Part shown: one piece after another, positions 9,188 through 17,088 of the stretch
Position numbering within the stretch: position 1 is the stretch's first letter
Layout of the letters: each line of letters opens with the position of its first letter
Source of the DNA: a virus
Taxonomy: Duplodnaviria > Caudoviricetes
Reading direction: 5' to 3' (one strand)
Length of the DNA: 63,352 nt
Virus record (IMG/VR): IMGVR_UViG_3300025326_000032
Coordinates: 1 to 63,352 of that record
Made by a program: the position numbers and the translations under genes
Notes under the pieces: generated by a model
What the model was told of the DNA's origin: nothing
What the model saw: the letters and a program-made list of their open reading frames with translations, nothing else
The model's database searches: none

Positions 9188-9634
9188 ATGCGCCAGAAGC
9201 CTAAGTATAAGTATCGTAGGGGCCAGAATCCTAACAGTCAAAAGAATCTCAAGATAGGACAGGCTATTGCTCATAAGAGTAATCGGACGCCTGCTATTTC
9301 AGGTGCAGCGGGTGATAATCTAGTTACTCTACCAGTAAATGTAGAGTTTGCACTTAGTCGTGCATGGCCTCAGTTATCAAGGCGTGAAAGACAAATATTG
9401 TACTTATATTTAATTAAGGGATTAACACGTTCAGAGTTATGTGAGATACTAATAGTAGCAGTGGGAACATTGAATTTCTATAGTCAGAGAATACGTGAAA
9501 AGCTTGGAGCTAGAACAGCTCCACAATCTTATGCTATTGCAGCTATTAGATATTATCAAGAACTACAGATTATAACTCAAGTGCTTACATCTATGGCTGT
9601 TTATCCTTACCCAGCTAGTCTAGCAGGAAGATAG
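9188..9634 (+). CDS. LuxR/sigma-region-4 type HTH transcriptional regulator
   Basis: LSRRERQILYL..KGLTRSELCEIL.VAVGTL......IREKLGA. Confidence 0.75.
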   Translation: MRQKPKYKYRRGQNPNSQKNLKIGQAIAHKSNRTPAISGAAGDNLVTLPVNVEFALSRAWPQLSRRERQILYLYLIKGLTRSELCEILIVAVGTLNFYSQRIREKLGARTAPQSYAIAAIRYYQELQIITQVLTSMAVYPYPASLAGR

Positions 9635-9637
9635 AAC

Positions 9638-9787
9638 ATGAGTAATAATAATTCAAGAATGCCTGTTATACTTATAATAGTTATAGTAGCTATAGTGGTC
9701 TTTTTAGTACCTCTATATATACTAATACCTCTGTGCTTAGTAATCATTGTAGCGATCCTGTTACTTAACACTACTAAGAAGAAATAG
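9638..9787 (+). CDS. Small membrane protein (49 aa, not in ORF track)
   Basis: MSNNNSRMPVILIIVIVAIVVFLVPLYILIPLCLVIIVAILLLNTTKKK; fills the gap between neighbours. Confidence 0.6.
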   Translation: MSNNNSRMPVILIIVIVAIVVFLVPLYILIPLCLVIIVAILLLNTTKKK

Positions 9788-9788
9788 A

Positions 9789-10103
9789 ATGGATAGTCTT
9801 CTTGTATGCACACTGATAACCGATATGGATGTAACTCCTATCCCTAGTTATAAAGATAGATGCGCTTCTTGTAAGTCTGAGATATGGGTTGCAGAATCTA
9901 CCAAAGAACTAGGCAAGTTAAATAAGATGTGTACTGACTGTTTTCTAGAGTCAGGCTTAGGTAGTATAGGTGAAGCCACTATGAGTAATGAACAGCGTAG
10001 AGAACTTAAAGAGATAATGGGATATACTGACAAAGAAATAGATAAGCTGTTGGCAAGATACAGTGATAGAATACGTCAGATATCTGGAACAAGTGATAAC
10101 TAG
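9789..10103 (+). CDS. Zn-ribbon hypothetical protein
   Basis: CASC...CTDC. Confidence 0.7.
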   Translation: MDSLLVCTLITDMDVTPIPSYKDRCASCKSEIWVAESTKELGKLNKMCTDCFLESGLGSIGEATMSNEQRRELKEIMGYTDKEIDKLLARYSDRIRQISGTSDN

Positions 10104-10117
10104 CTGAGATCAGATAT

Positions 10118-10146
10118 GCCGAAGTGGTGGAATGGTAGACACTGCA
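10118..10146 (+). pseudogene. 5' half of a Leu-type tRNA
   Basis: GCCGAAGTGGTGGAATGGTAGACAC gives acceptor 5' strand plus D-arm; no T-arm or 3' half follows. Confidence 0.65.
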
Positions 10147-10287
10147 GTGATTAAAGTGTATGGCCCATATGTTAGAGAAGATGGAAGAAAGCATGTAATA
10201 CTTTATGATGGAACTCGACGGACAGAGTGTCATTTTGCAGTAGACATTGTGCAGGTAAAAGAAATGCGGGAGTGCTGGAATAGGTAG
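10132..10287 (+). pseudogene. Truncated HNH homing endonuclease N-terminus
   Basis: KVYGPYVREDGRKHVILYDGTRRT resembles the N-terminus of tRNA-associated phage HNH proteins; HNH core absent. Confidence 0.55.
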
Positions 10288-10350
10288 ACAGGCTCGTCTT
10301 AAAAATGAGTGTCGAAAGACGTAAGGGTTCAAGTCCCTTCTCCCGCACCA
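10266..10350 (+). tRNA. trnL: tRNA-Leu (anticodon TAA)
   Basis: Acceptor GCGGGAG/CTCCCGC, anticodon arm CTCGT-CTTAAAA-ATGAG, long variable arm, GGTTCAAGTCC, encoded CCA. Confidence 0.93.
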
Positions 10351-10353
10351 AAT

Positions 10354-10428
10354 GCTGCTGTAGCTTAATGGTAGAGCAGATGCCTTTTAAGCATCCAGAT
10401 ATAGGTTCGACTCCTATCAGCAGTACCA
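10354..10428 (+). tRNA. trnK: tRNA-Lys (anticodon TTT)
   Basis: Acceptor GCTGCTG/CAGCAGT, anticodon arm GATGC-CTTTTAA-GCATC, GGTTCGACTCC, encoded CCA. Confidence 0.93.
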
Positions 10429-10583
10429 GTTTAACCTGAATTCTAAAATCGGTTCAAAGCGCTGATACTAAAATAGGCTGAAAACGGTTCAAGCGTCTGA
10501 ACGGGTGCAGTAGGTGCAGCTCAGATGATTCAGATTCGGGGCCGGCAAAGTTTCTCTCAGCCCGAAGATGCTCAAACTGATAC

Positions 10584-10612
10584 TTGACAAACATTCAGAT
10601 CCGTGGTATAAT
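10584..10612 (+). promoter_or_regulatory. Consensus sigma70/SigA promoter (early region)
   Basis: TTGACA-17 nt-TATAAT with extended TG. Confidence 0.88.
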
Positions 10613-10678
10613 AAACAGAGAAAAAAAAGAGACAAATAAGGAGAGTTCTCAGAGTGCAGTTCTTGAAAGGGGCAGCAC

Positions 10679-10738
10679 ATGAAGAAAAAGCAGCGTCACA
10701 TAGCGGCGCTTGTTGTGCTTCTAACGGTCGGTTTGTAG
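10679..10738 (+). CDS. Putative 19-aa basic/hydrophobic peptide
   Basis: MKKKQRHIAALVVLLTVGL, SD GAAAGGGG. Confidence 0.4.
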   Translation: MKKKQRHIAALVVLLTVGL

Positions 10739-10758
10739 TAAAAGGAGATTAAGTAGTT

Positions 10759-11088
10759 ATGGAGCGTATGTATCGAATCAGGATTATGGGTAGTTTCAAT
10801 CCATATAATCGAGGAGAATCAGAGACTTTAGAGCAACGAGCAATTAGCCAAATTGCTGATATGCTTAGATATGATTCAGGTGTTGTAGAGAGCATCGAAG
10901 TCAGTGGTGTACGAAATAATCAGCTAACAGCAGTCATAGCGTGTGCGGGATTCACCCCTAGACGATGGGAGAGTTTCGGATTTTACACAGAGGAAATCGA
11001 GAGCTGGAAAGTTAAGGAGACAGAATGGGGGATGTTTGCTAGAGAGGCTACACAAGCAGCCAAGAAGATTCTAGAAAGGAGCGACTAG
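10759..11088 (+). CDS. Hypothetical early protein
   Basis: SD AAGGAG; DMLRYD..FTPRRWESFG. Confidence 0.75.
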   Translation: MERMYRIRIMGSFNPYNRGESETLEQRAISQIADMLRYDSGVVESIEVSGVRNNQLTAVIACAGFTPRRWESFGFYTEEIESWKVKETEWGMFAREATQAAKKILERSD

Positions 11089-11093
11089 GGGAA

Positions 11094-11276
11094 ATGGCAA
11101 GCACAGTTGTTGAAGTTACAAGCCTCCCCGCTTGTGACTTCTGTGATGATACGGCTCAGTTTGATGGAAGAACTAAGCATGGGTTCTGGGCCTATATGTG
11201 TGGACGATGTTTCAGTCACAATGGTATGAGTCTAGGGCTTGGCGTAGGCCAGAAGCTCACAGTTAAAGGAGCGTAA
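11094..11276 (+). CDS. Small Zn-finger-like phage protein
   Basis: CDFC..DGRT..WAYMC..CF..GLG.GQ. Confidence 0.75.
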   Translation: MASTVVEVTSLPACDFCDDTAQFDGRTKHGFWAYMCGRCFSHNGMSLGLGVGQKLTVKGA

Positions 11277-11281
11277 CTGAA

Positions 11282-11611
11282 ATGCTTATCCAAGAGAACA
11301 TCAGACGTATGAAGCCCGTCCTAGTCCTAGTGCCACGTCAGCTAAAGGAGCGTAGCAAGATAGGCCATTACCACGAATGCTACTTTTGCGAGGATAAGAA
11401 AGTCAGATGCGTCGATACATTCTATGTCAGACGCACCGGACTAGGTGACTTCACTATCTGTCGTACTTGTGCCAAGCTAGATGACATGAAAGGGCTGTTT
11501 CCTAAGCTAACTGCAATGCTCAAGATACGCGATAATCACTCACATGATCCTTATGCAATGAAGGCATATAAGGAAATACTGAATGTGGGTGCAGCGAAAG
11601 GAGGAAAGTAA
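11282..11611 (+). CDS. Cys-rich hypothetical protein
   Basis: SD AAGGAG; two CxxC. Confidence 0.7.
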   Translation: MLIQENIRRMKPVLVLVPRQLKERSKIGHYHECYFCEDKKVRCVDTFYVRRTGLGDFTICRTCAKLDDMKGLFPKLTAMLKIRDNHSHDPYAMKAYKEILNVGAAKGGK

Positions 11612-11614
11612 ATA

Positions 11615-11815
11615 ATGAAGTTTCCACAATACCTATGGCGTATAGGCACTCGTGAAGGCGCGATACTTCTTAGGCGAGGTAATACACCAGATGAAGCTTT
11701 AGCTAAGTATTCAGTACCCTCTCGATTGCTACCCATAGGCATTGCAGATCATTGTGAACTCAGTGACAGGCAACGCTATGACTACGATCATCCTTGGGAC
11801 TGGATGAATAGCTAA
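11615..11815 (+). CDS. Hypothetical protein
   Basis: SD AGGAGG. Confidence 0.65.
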   Translation: MKFPQYLWRIGTREGAILLRRGNTPDEALAKYSVPSRLLPIGIADHCELSDRQRYDYDHPWDWMNS

Positions 11816-11833
11816 TAAAGGAGAAAGATAGAA

Positions 11834-12013
11834 ATGGCACAAACAGAAGAGAACCGTCGTCTGGATGTAAAAGAGTTTCTGGATATGGCAATCTCGTATA
11901 TCCAGCAAGCAGACAGAAGTTGTGTCACACCGGAGGCTCATCATCTAGGATCAGCATTAAAGTTAATTACAATTGTTAGAGAAGCGGAAACATCAGATAT
12001 GAGGACAACCTGA
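11834..12013 (+). CDS. Hypothetical protein (59 aa, not in ORF track)
   Basis: SD AAGGAG; MAQTEENRRLDVKEFLDMAISY... Confidence 0.65.
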   Translation: MAQTEENRRLDVKEFLDMAISYIQQADRSCVTPEAHHLGSALKLITIVREAETSDMRTT

Positions 12014-12015
12014 AA

Positions 12016-12207
12016 ATGAGTGCAGTAATCTCAGAACAAGAACTACCGGAGCTAACAAGCGAGGAGCAGGCTTTAATATATGAAATAGAGAATAGTACTA
12101 GTATTAATAGTAATACTATTAGTAGATATCTGTTGTTCTTGCAGGAGCGTAGAAAGCTGACCGATGTGATTATCGACGCTAAGCTTAGAGTAGCGCAGGA
12201 GGCATAA
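12016..12207 (+). CDS. Hypothetical protein
   Basis: SD GAGG; operon packing. Confidence 0.65.
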   Translation: MSAVISEQELPELTSEEQALIYEIENSTSINSNTISRYLLFLQERRKLTDVIIDAKLRVAQEA

Positions 12208-12208
12208 A

Positions 12209-12451
12209 ATGCTCTACATCGTTACAGTTGACTTAGGAAAGAGATTTGAGGTTATTAGCAAACATGATAGATTCCATAAGAAGCGAGGCCCTTGTCCTAT
12301 ACAGCCTTTAATAGAATGCACAGATATTACAGGGGCACATCATTCAGCAGTTGTAGAAGCTCGAAGCGAACAAGAAGCGAAAGACGTATTCTGTAACTGC
12401 AACACTACAAGAGTAGAAGTAGTTAATACTAATATCTGGAAGACTGAATAA
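12209..12451 (+). CDS. Hypothetical protein
   Basis: SD GGAGG. Confidence 0.7.
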   Translation: MLYIVTVDLGKRFEVISKHDRFHKKRGPCPIQPLIECTDITGAHHSAVVEARSEQEAKDVFCNCNTTRVEVVNTNIWKTE

Positions 12452-12802
12452 ATGCCTGATATAATCAGAGTCAAAGGTGAGATAGTAGCAATCAAGCCAC
12501 CTAGACGAGCTGACCGTTACGATCCAGATGCTATGGGTATAACAGTCAAACCATCAGGTTCTATGACAGCTTACTGGTTCCGTTGGAATCTAGAAACCAG
12601 AGGTATGCTCAGGAAGGGAGAGATTATAGATATACAGGCTGTTCAGTCCGGTAAGTCCGATGACGGTAAGATGGTATTCCTATCCAGAGTTAAAATAGAA
12701 GGAGATAAGATATGTACCCATAGTCTTATAGTGCGAGAAGGTAAGAAGTACATCTGTGAAGCCTGTGGTGTGGGTGCAGTTGTTTCAGTCAAGGAGGAAT
12801 AA
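12452..12802 (+). CDS. Possible OB-fold protein with C-terminal Zn ribbon
   Basis: Beta-rich pattern ending FLSRVK; C-terminal C.H...CEAC. Confidence 0.55.
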   Translation: MPDIIRVKGEIVAIKPPRRADRYDPDAMGITVKPSGSMTAYWFRWNLETRGMLRKGEIIDIQAVQSGKSDDGKMVFLSRVKIEGDKICTHSLIVREGKKYICEACGVGAVVSVKEE

Positions 12803-12805
12803 AAG

Positions 12806-13105
12806 ATGGCGTGTGAATGTGGGTATATAGGAAAGACATACTTAGTTAATATAGAAGTCTGTCAGGAATGTGAGCCAGATAGAACTAATGCTTTAGATGA
12901 GTTAGAGAAAGAGAATCCAGTTATCTCATTAAGAATAGATGATGCTGGCTCTATATGGATTGGTTTTCCTAGGACAAAGACAAGCCATCTGCAACCTAGT
13001 TCTTATAATCCAGTAATGCCTGTCAGTAGTCTAGCTTATGTGTTGTCTGATAGGTTTAACAAAGATATAACAGATACAGTGTTTGAGCTAAGAGAAAAGA
13101 TATAA
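12806..13105 (+). CDS. Cys-rich hypothetical protein
   Basis: SD AGGAGG. Confidence 0.7.
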   Translation: MACECGYIGKTYLVNIEVCQECEPDRTNALDELEKENPVISLRIDDAGSIWIGFPRTKTSHLQPSSYNPVMPVSSLAYVLSDRFNKDITDTVFELREKI

Positions 13106-13208
13106 GGAGTTAATATGACATCTAATGAGAAGATGAGCGCAGCTACACTACTAATAGGCACGTTCGTAATAGCAATACTGTATCACTTGTAAAGGAGTGT
13201 GCAAAGGA

Positions 13209-13466
13209 ATGGTAGCACATATTCAGCATCCAGATTCGCATGTATATGGACTAATTGATAACTGTCCTAGATGTGCTGAACATGCAGAACATCCATTTGA
13301 CGGTCTGGATGATAGGAATTTAAAAACCCTTATTCTTAAAGTTCGTTTGGATGACGAACCAAGAAGTCAAAATGAAGCTGAGGCAATGTACCGTATAGGA
13401 AAGGCTATTCTTATATCTGATAAGATAAAGTCTCTTGAAGAAGAGATAGGTAAAAAGGAGGCGTAG
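13209..13466 (+). CDS. Hypothetical protein
   Basis: SD AAAGGAG; CPRC.EH. Confidence 0.7.
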   Translation: MVAHIQHPDSHVYGLIDNCPRCAEHAEHPFDGLDDRNLKTLILKVRLDDEPRSQNEAEAMYRIGKAILISDKIKSLEEEIGKKEA

Positions 13467-13472
13467 GAGATA

Positions 13473-13727
13473 ATGATTAAAATATCCAGTGATGATATCA
13501 AAGCTATACAAGAATATGGCTTCTTTGGTCATTCTACTGGATGTTATTCTGAATGGGGTGCAGTGATAGGAGATAACGAGTATATCGTAATACTGGATGA
13601 TTTAGGAGATTCAATAGCTCATAGAAGTGAGTTTGATTTCAGTGATGTGTTTGTAAGAATACATCATCCAGAGAACATAACACCACTACCCGTATTTGAC
13701 GATATCTTTGAAGTAAAGGAGTTATAA
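13473..13727 (+). CDS. Hypothetical protein
   Basis: SD GGAGG/AGGAG. Confidence 0.65.
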   Translation: MIKISSDDIKAIQEYGFFGHSTGCYSEWGAVIGDNEYIVILDDLGDSIAHRSEFDFSDVFVRIHHPENITPLPVFDDIFEVKEL

Positions 13728-13820
13728 GTTATAATGAAAGACTATCTCAATGCACTAGGATATCTACTTATAGTACTTATAGTACTTATAGTTATGTTAG
13801 GATATAAGGTGGTGACTTAA

Positions 13821-14081
13821 ATGTCTAGTAACTATCCACCTGGAGTTACGGGTGCAGAGTTCCAGATAGCAGGGCCTGACTACGAAAAGGAATCTACAGT
13901 CCTATGCTCTAAGTGCAGAGGTCATACTACGGAGTTGGGTTTCAGAGGCGAGCGGTGGTTAGTATGTCAGCGTGAAGGCTGCAATGAGACTATGGACTTA
14001 GAGCCATCCCGCTTTGATGAACCAGATCCAGATAGAGCATATGACGAAGCTCGTGACCGCAAGATGTTCGGAGATGAGTAG
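13821..14081 (+). CDS. Hypothetical phage protein (NYPPGVT motif, Zn ribbon)
   Basis: SD AAGGTGG; CSKC...C....C; PDPDRAYD. Confidence 0.7.
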   Translation: MSSNYPPGVTGAEFQIAGPDYEKESTVLCSKCRGHTTELGFRGERWLVCQREGCNETMDLEPSRFDEPDPDRAYDEARDRKMFGDE

Positions 14082-14256
14082 TATAGAATCAGTAACCGCT
14101 AATGTCAAAGGCTATTGCAAGAATCCAGGCTGTCAAAAGGATAACATACCAGTCTCAGGAGCCATATGTCTCATATGTTCTTCGGAAGATAGAGAGGCTT
14201 TCCATTGCCATAACCACATTAAATCTCACATGACTAAGTATCATAATAAGGAGTAG
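14074..14256 (+). CDS. Cys/His-rich hypothetical protein
   Basis: Several Cys/His clusters; overlap start. Confidence 0.6.
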   Translation: MSSIESVTANVKGYCKNPGCQKDNIPVSGAICLICSSEDREAFHCHNHIKSHMTKYHNKE

Positions 14257-14263
14257 TATACTA

Positions 14264-14476
14264 ATGGAAAATCTTCCTGTATTTCAGATAGATAGAGCGG
14301 ATGATTTATCCTATAAGTTCACTGTTAATGATGATCCAGAAGGGAGAGAATGGATACTTCTTAGAATACAAGCACAGATAGGAGATTCACTTAATATAGC
14401 ATTCTCTTCTGAGGATGAAGTAATACGTTTTATATCTACCCTCTTGAGACATTATACCGATGATACGGTAGGATAA
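14264..14476 (+). CDS. Hypothetical protein
   Basis: SD AAGGAG. Confidence 0.7.
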   Translation: MENLPVFQIDRADDLSYKFTVNDDPEGREWILLRIQAQIGDSLNIAFSSEDEVIRFISTLLRHYTDDTVG

Positions 14477-14518
14477 AGATATCATAATAAGCAGTACTAA
14501 GATTGAGGAGTGTTAGAT

Positions 14519-14728
14519 ATGAGCACGCAAAAGACAGAAAGTATGGAAACCTTCTTATCTGGTATCTCCAAAGCCTTGTTCGGTCATGCTAGAGACGAAG
14601 GAGTATGTGTTACCTGTGGCTCTGAGCGGGTGCAGGAGAACCAGTTTAGAGATGCACTCAGCCTAAGAGAATATCAGATATCTCGTATGTGTCAAGACTG
14701 TCAAGATCAAATATTTACAGAGTCCTAG
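14519..14728 (+). CDS. Small Zn-binding phage protein
   Basis: SD GAGGAG; CVTCG..FRD.LS.REY.IS.MCQ.CQD. Confidence 0.75.
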   Translation: MSTQKTESMETFLSGISKALFGHARDEGVCVTCGSERVQENQFRDALSLREYQISRMCQDCQDQIFTES

Positions 14729-14821
14729 TCACACGAAACCCGAACATAAATCCTAGTCTAAAAGCGCCATTTCGTATCTAACTGGCGGTATAAATCGTTC
14801 TCAAGATGATGATGAAAAGCC

Positions 14822-14850
14822 TTGACAAGCAATTCAGTTTATGCTATTCT
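14822..14850 (+). promoter_or_regulatory. Sigma70/SigA-type promoter
   Basis: TTGACA-17 nt-TATTCT with extended TG. Confidence 0.7.
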
Positions 14851-14915
14851 AGGAGCGTAGGAACGGGCATTTTATGGGCAAGGTTCGGCCCACAAGCATA
14901 GAGAGGAGAACCCAG

Positions 14916-15506
14916 ATGGCTACTCCAAGCGACAAGGTTCGGGAACTGGCAGAGCGCCTAGCAAAGCTTAGTCCTGAAGCTCAAGAGGAAGAGATAGCGC
15001 GGATAGACCGCAATGTCTCAAAGCGGGAAGCTAAGGCTCAGAAGGGAGTTCTAGAGGTACACAAAACAGAGATTGCCTCTGCATTCGTAGACACGCTGAA
15101 TCTCTACTGCCGTGAAAAAAAGATTGATGTTGCAACCGTATTGCCGCTGAATACACATATCGCAATGGCTGCAGACGGTAGTGGTATTACGGGCACAATC
15201 TCTGGTAAGCGTGGCAGTTCTGGTGGTGGAGGTGGGACTCGTTCGCCTAGTTTCTTCAAGCAGAAGGGCGTCAGTGCTATCAAGCTAAACGGTAAGTCCC
15301 TTGAGAAGGCTACTGAATCTGAGGTTCTGCGTGTTGCTCATGGTGTCAAGACAGCTAAGGAAGTCTATGGCACTGCATCCCCTCACGCCGTTGCATTACA
15401 GACCGAGAACCAAGAGAAGATTAAGAGTATGGGCTTCGTTGCTGTTCTTGAAGATGGCAGCGAGGTTCCGCTTATCAGTCTGTACAGTAACGGTAACGGT
15501 AGTTAA
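14916..15506 (+). CDS. Basic coiled-coil/Gly-linker protein, paralog A (possible nucleic-acid binder)
   Basis: SD GAGAGGAG before ATG 14916; shares motifs with 16128..16691. Confidence 0.8.
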   Translation: MATPSDKVRELAERLAKLSPEAQEEEIARIDRNVSKREAKAQKGVLEVHKTEIASAFVDTLNLYCREKKIDVATVLPLNTHIAMAADGSGITGTISGKRGSSGGGGGTRSPSFFKQKGVSAIKLNGKSLEKATESEVLRVAHGVKTAKEVYGTASPHAVALQTENQEKIKSMGFVAVLEDGSEVPLISLYSNGNGS

Positions 15507-15539
15507 TCATCCAGCCATAGCCCGTTCCAGCTAGATAAC

Positions 15540-15579
15540 AGAGACCCAGGGTTTTAGATAGCTCTGGGTCTCTTGTTTT
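15540..15579 (+). terminator. Intrinsic terminator
   Basis: 13-bp stem AGAGACCCAGGGT/GCTCTGGGTCTCT followed by TGTTTT. Confidence 0.8.
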
Positions 15580-15664
15580 GCCCTTTAATCTGATATTAAC
15601 AGTTTTAGATTACTCAGCCTTATCAGTGGATTCAGATTCAGCCGAGGTTTAGGGCGTTCAGATA

Positions 15665-15790
15665 TCAGATTGGGTGCAGATTTAAATTCAGATTTAGAAA
15701 TCTCAGTTAGAATTACCGTTTGTGAATTTTGTGTGAAGATTATAGGCTAACCTGAACACTGAAGCCCTTTAAATAGCTGCACCCAACTGA
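15665..15790. repeat. Long imperfect inverted repeat in non-coding DNA
   Basis: TCAGATTGGGTGCAGATTTAAA (15665-15686) vs TTTAAATAGCTGCACCCAACTGA (15768-15790). Confidence 0.65.
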
Positions 15791-16048
15791 GAAATCTAAC
15801 CCTAATCTCACTACCTAAAAACATACCGAAGATATGATAAGGCGAACATGCGATTACATATTGTCCGTAGGACACTAACTCTGTTTAGAACATATGATTA
15901 TATCTAGATTTCGATATTGTGTACGCGCCTGAGCGCATAGCTTTTATGTTCTTTTTGAAGGCTAACCTCACTACAAAAGAGTCTAACTAGATAGTGTTTA
16001 GAACACCCTTCCGTAAAAAGATTCACGGAATAAACCGTCATTTAGGGA

Positions 16049-16076
16049 TTGACAAGTCTAGATATGCCCCTACAAT
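16049..16076 (+). promoter_or_regulatory. Sigma70/SigA-type promoter
   Basis: TTGACA-16 nt-TACAAT. Confidence 0.6.
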
Positions 16077-16127
16077 TAACAAGGATAGAGAACGGGGATA
16101 CCTAGCAGAGAAAGCGGGGACATAGAA

Positions 16128-16691
16128 ATGTCGAAAACCAAAATGGCGGCTAAGGGTAGCAAGGTATCCGCTACCACTACCGTCAACAAAATAGCCGAAC
16201 TGGAAGCGGCCCTACGCGCGGCCCGCAAAGTTGAGAGTGACAAGAGCGACGCGCAAGCCGTCCTCAAGGGCAAGGTAGCTAATGCCCTACACAAAGCTTT
16301 GCTTGTGTCAGCGGCCCGTCACCACGTAGACGCCATCGTTCTAGGAGCGTTTTGTGTGGACGCAAGCGGCACATCCTATGGCAAGCGCGGCAAGGGCGGC
16401 ACGAAGAGCCCTAGTGCCACTAAGACGCGCAACGTCATAGACTACGCCGTCACTCTGAACGGCAAAGAGATTCGCATTGGAAGCGGCCTAGTGAGCCGTC
16501 TCCTTATGTGGACGGCGATTAACATCGATGGTCGCAAGGGCATCGCCAAGCCGCAAGAAGTGTACGGCACAGACTCGCCCATCCGCTTCGCAACAAAGCC
16601 TAAGATGGCGGCAAGTCTTAGCAAGTGCAAAGCCGTCGCCATCGACATAGATGGCAAGCGCATCGCTCTGAGCGAGCTTTTCACGGCATAA
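16128..16691 (+). CDS. Basic coiled-coil/Gly-linker protein, paralog B
   Basis: GC-rich ORF; GKRG..GGTKSPS, LNGK and EVYGT.SP shared with 14916..15506. Confidence 0.8.
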   Translation: MSKTKMAAKGSKVSATTTVNKIAELEAALRAARKVESDKSDAQAVLKGKVANALHKALLVSAARHHVDAIVLGAFCVDASGTSYGKRGKGGTKSPSATKTRNVIDYAVTLNGKEIRIGSGLVSRLLMWTAINIDGRKGIAKPQEVYGTDSPIRFATKPKMAASLSKCKAVAIDIDGKRIALSELFTA

Positions 16692-16755
16692 CCACACCGC
16701 ATGATGTATTCCCGTTCTCTATCCAATCTAAACTCTAGTATAAGGAGATGCTAAG

Positions 16756-16851
16756 ATGATTTCGTTTAGTTGTTATCTGAAGAGACATAGTGAATGTCGG
16801 GGTGACAAGTGGGCGAAGCCTTACACTTGCTTATGTCATCATGGATGTTAA
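16756..16851 (+). CDS. 31-aa Cys/His-rich peptide
   Basis: SD AAGGAG; MISFSCYLKRHSECRGDKWAKPYTCLCHHGC. Confidence 0.5.
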   Translation: MISFSCYLKRHSECRGDKWAKPYTCLCHHGC

Positions 16852-16967
16852 GCAACTCTCAGGTAAGCCCATGCTAATAAGCGCCCTTAGATATCTCAGC
16901 GGATCCAGATTAGTAGATTCTCAGATTTATGTCATATAGTGAAAAAGGCCAGGCTAACCCTCTCTAA

Positions 16968-17088
16968 AATACCTAACAAGTTTCTGAAATACCTAGTTTC
17001 TGGCCAGGCCTTTCTGTTTTAAATACCTATTCTTGCTCTTGAAAAAATATCTATTCTTGAACAATACCTATTCTTCGTAAAATACCTA
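16968..17088. repeat. Six direct repeats of AATA(C/T)CTA, iteron-like
   Basis: Copies at 16968, 16988, 17022, 17046, 17063, 17081. Confidence 0.75.

Noticed and set aside
15843-15955. LexA (GAAC-N4-GTTC) boxes
   Set aside because: Only half sites (GAACAT...GATT); no complete palindrome.
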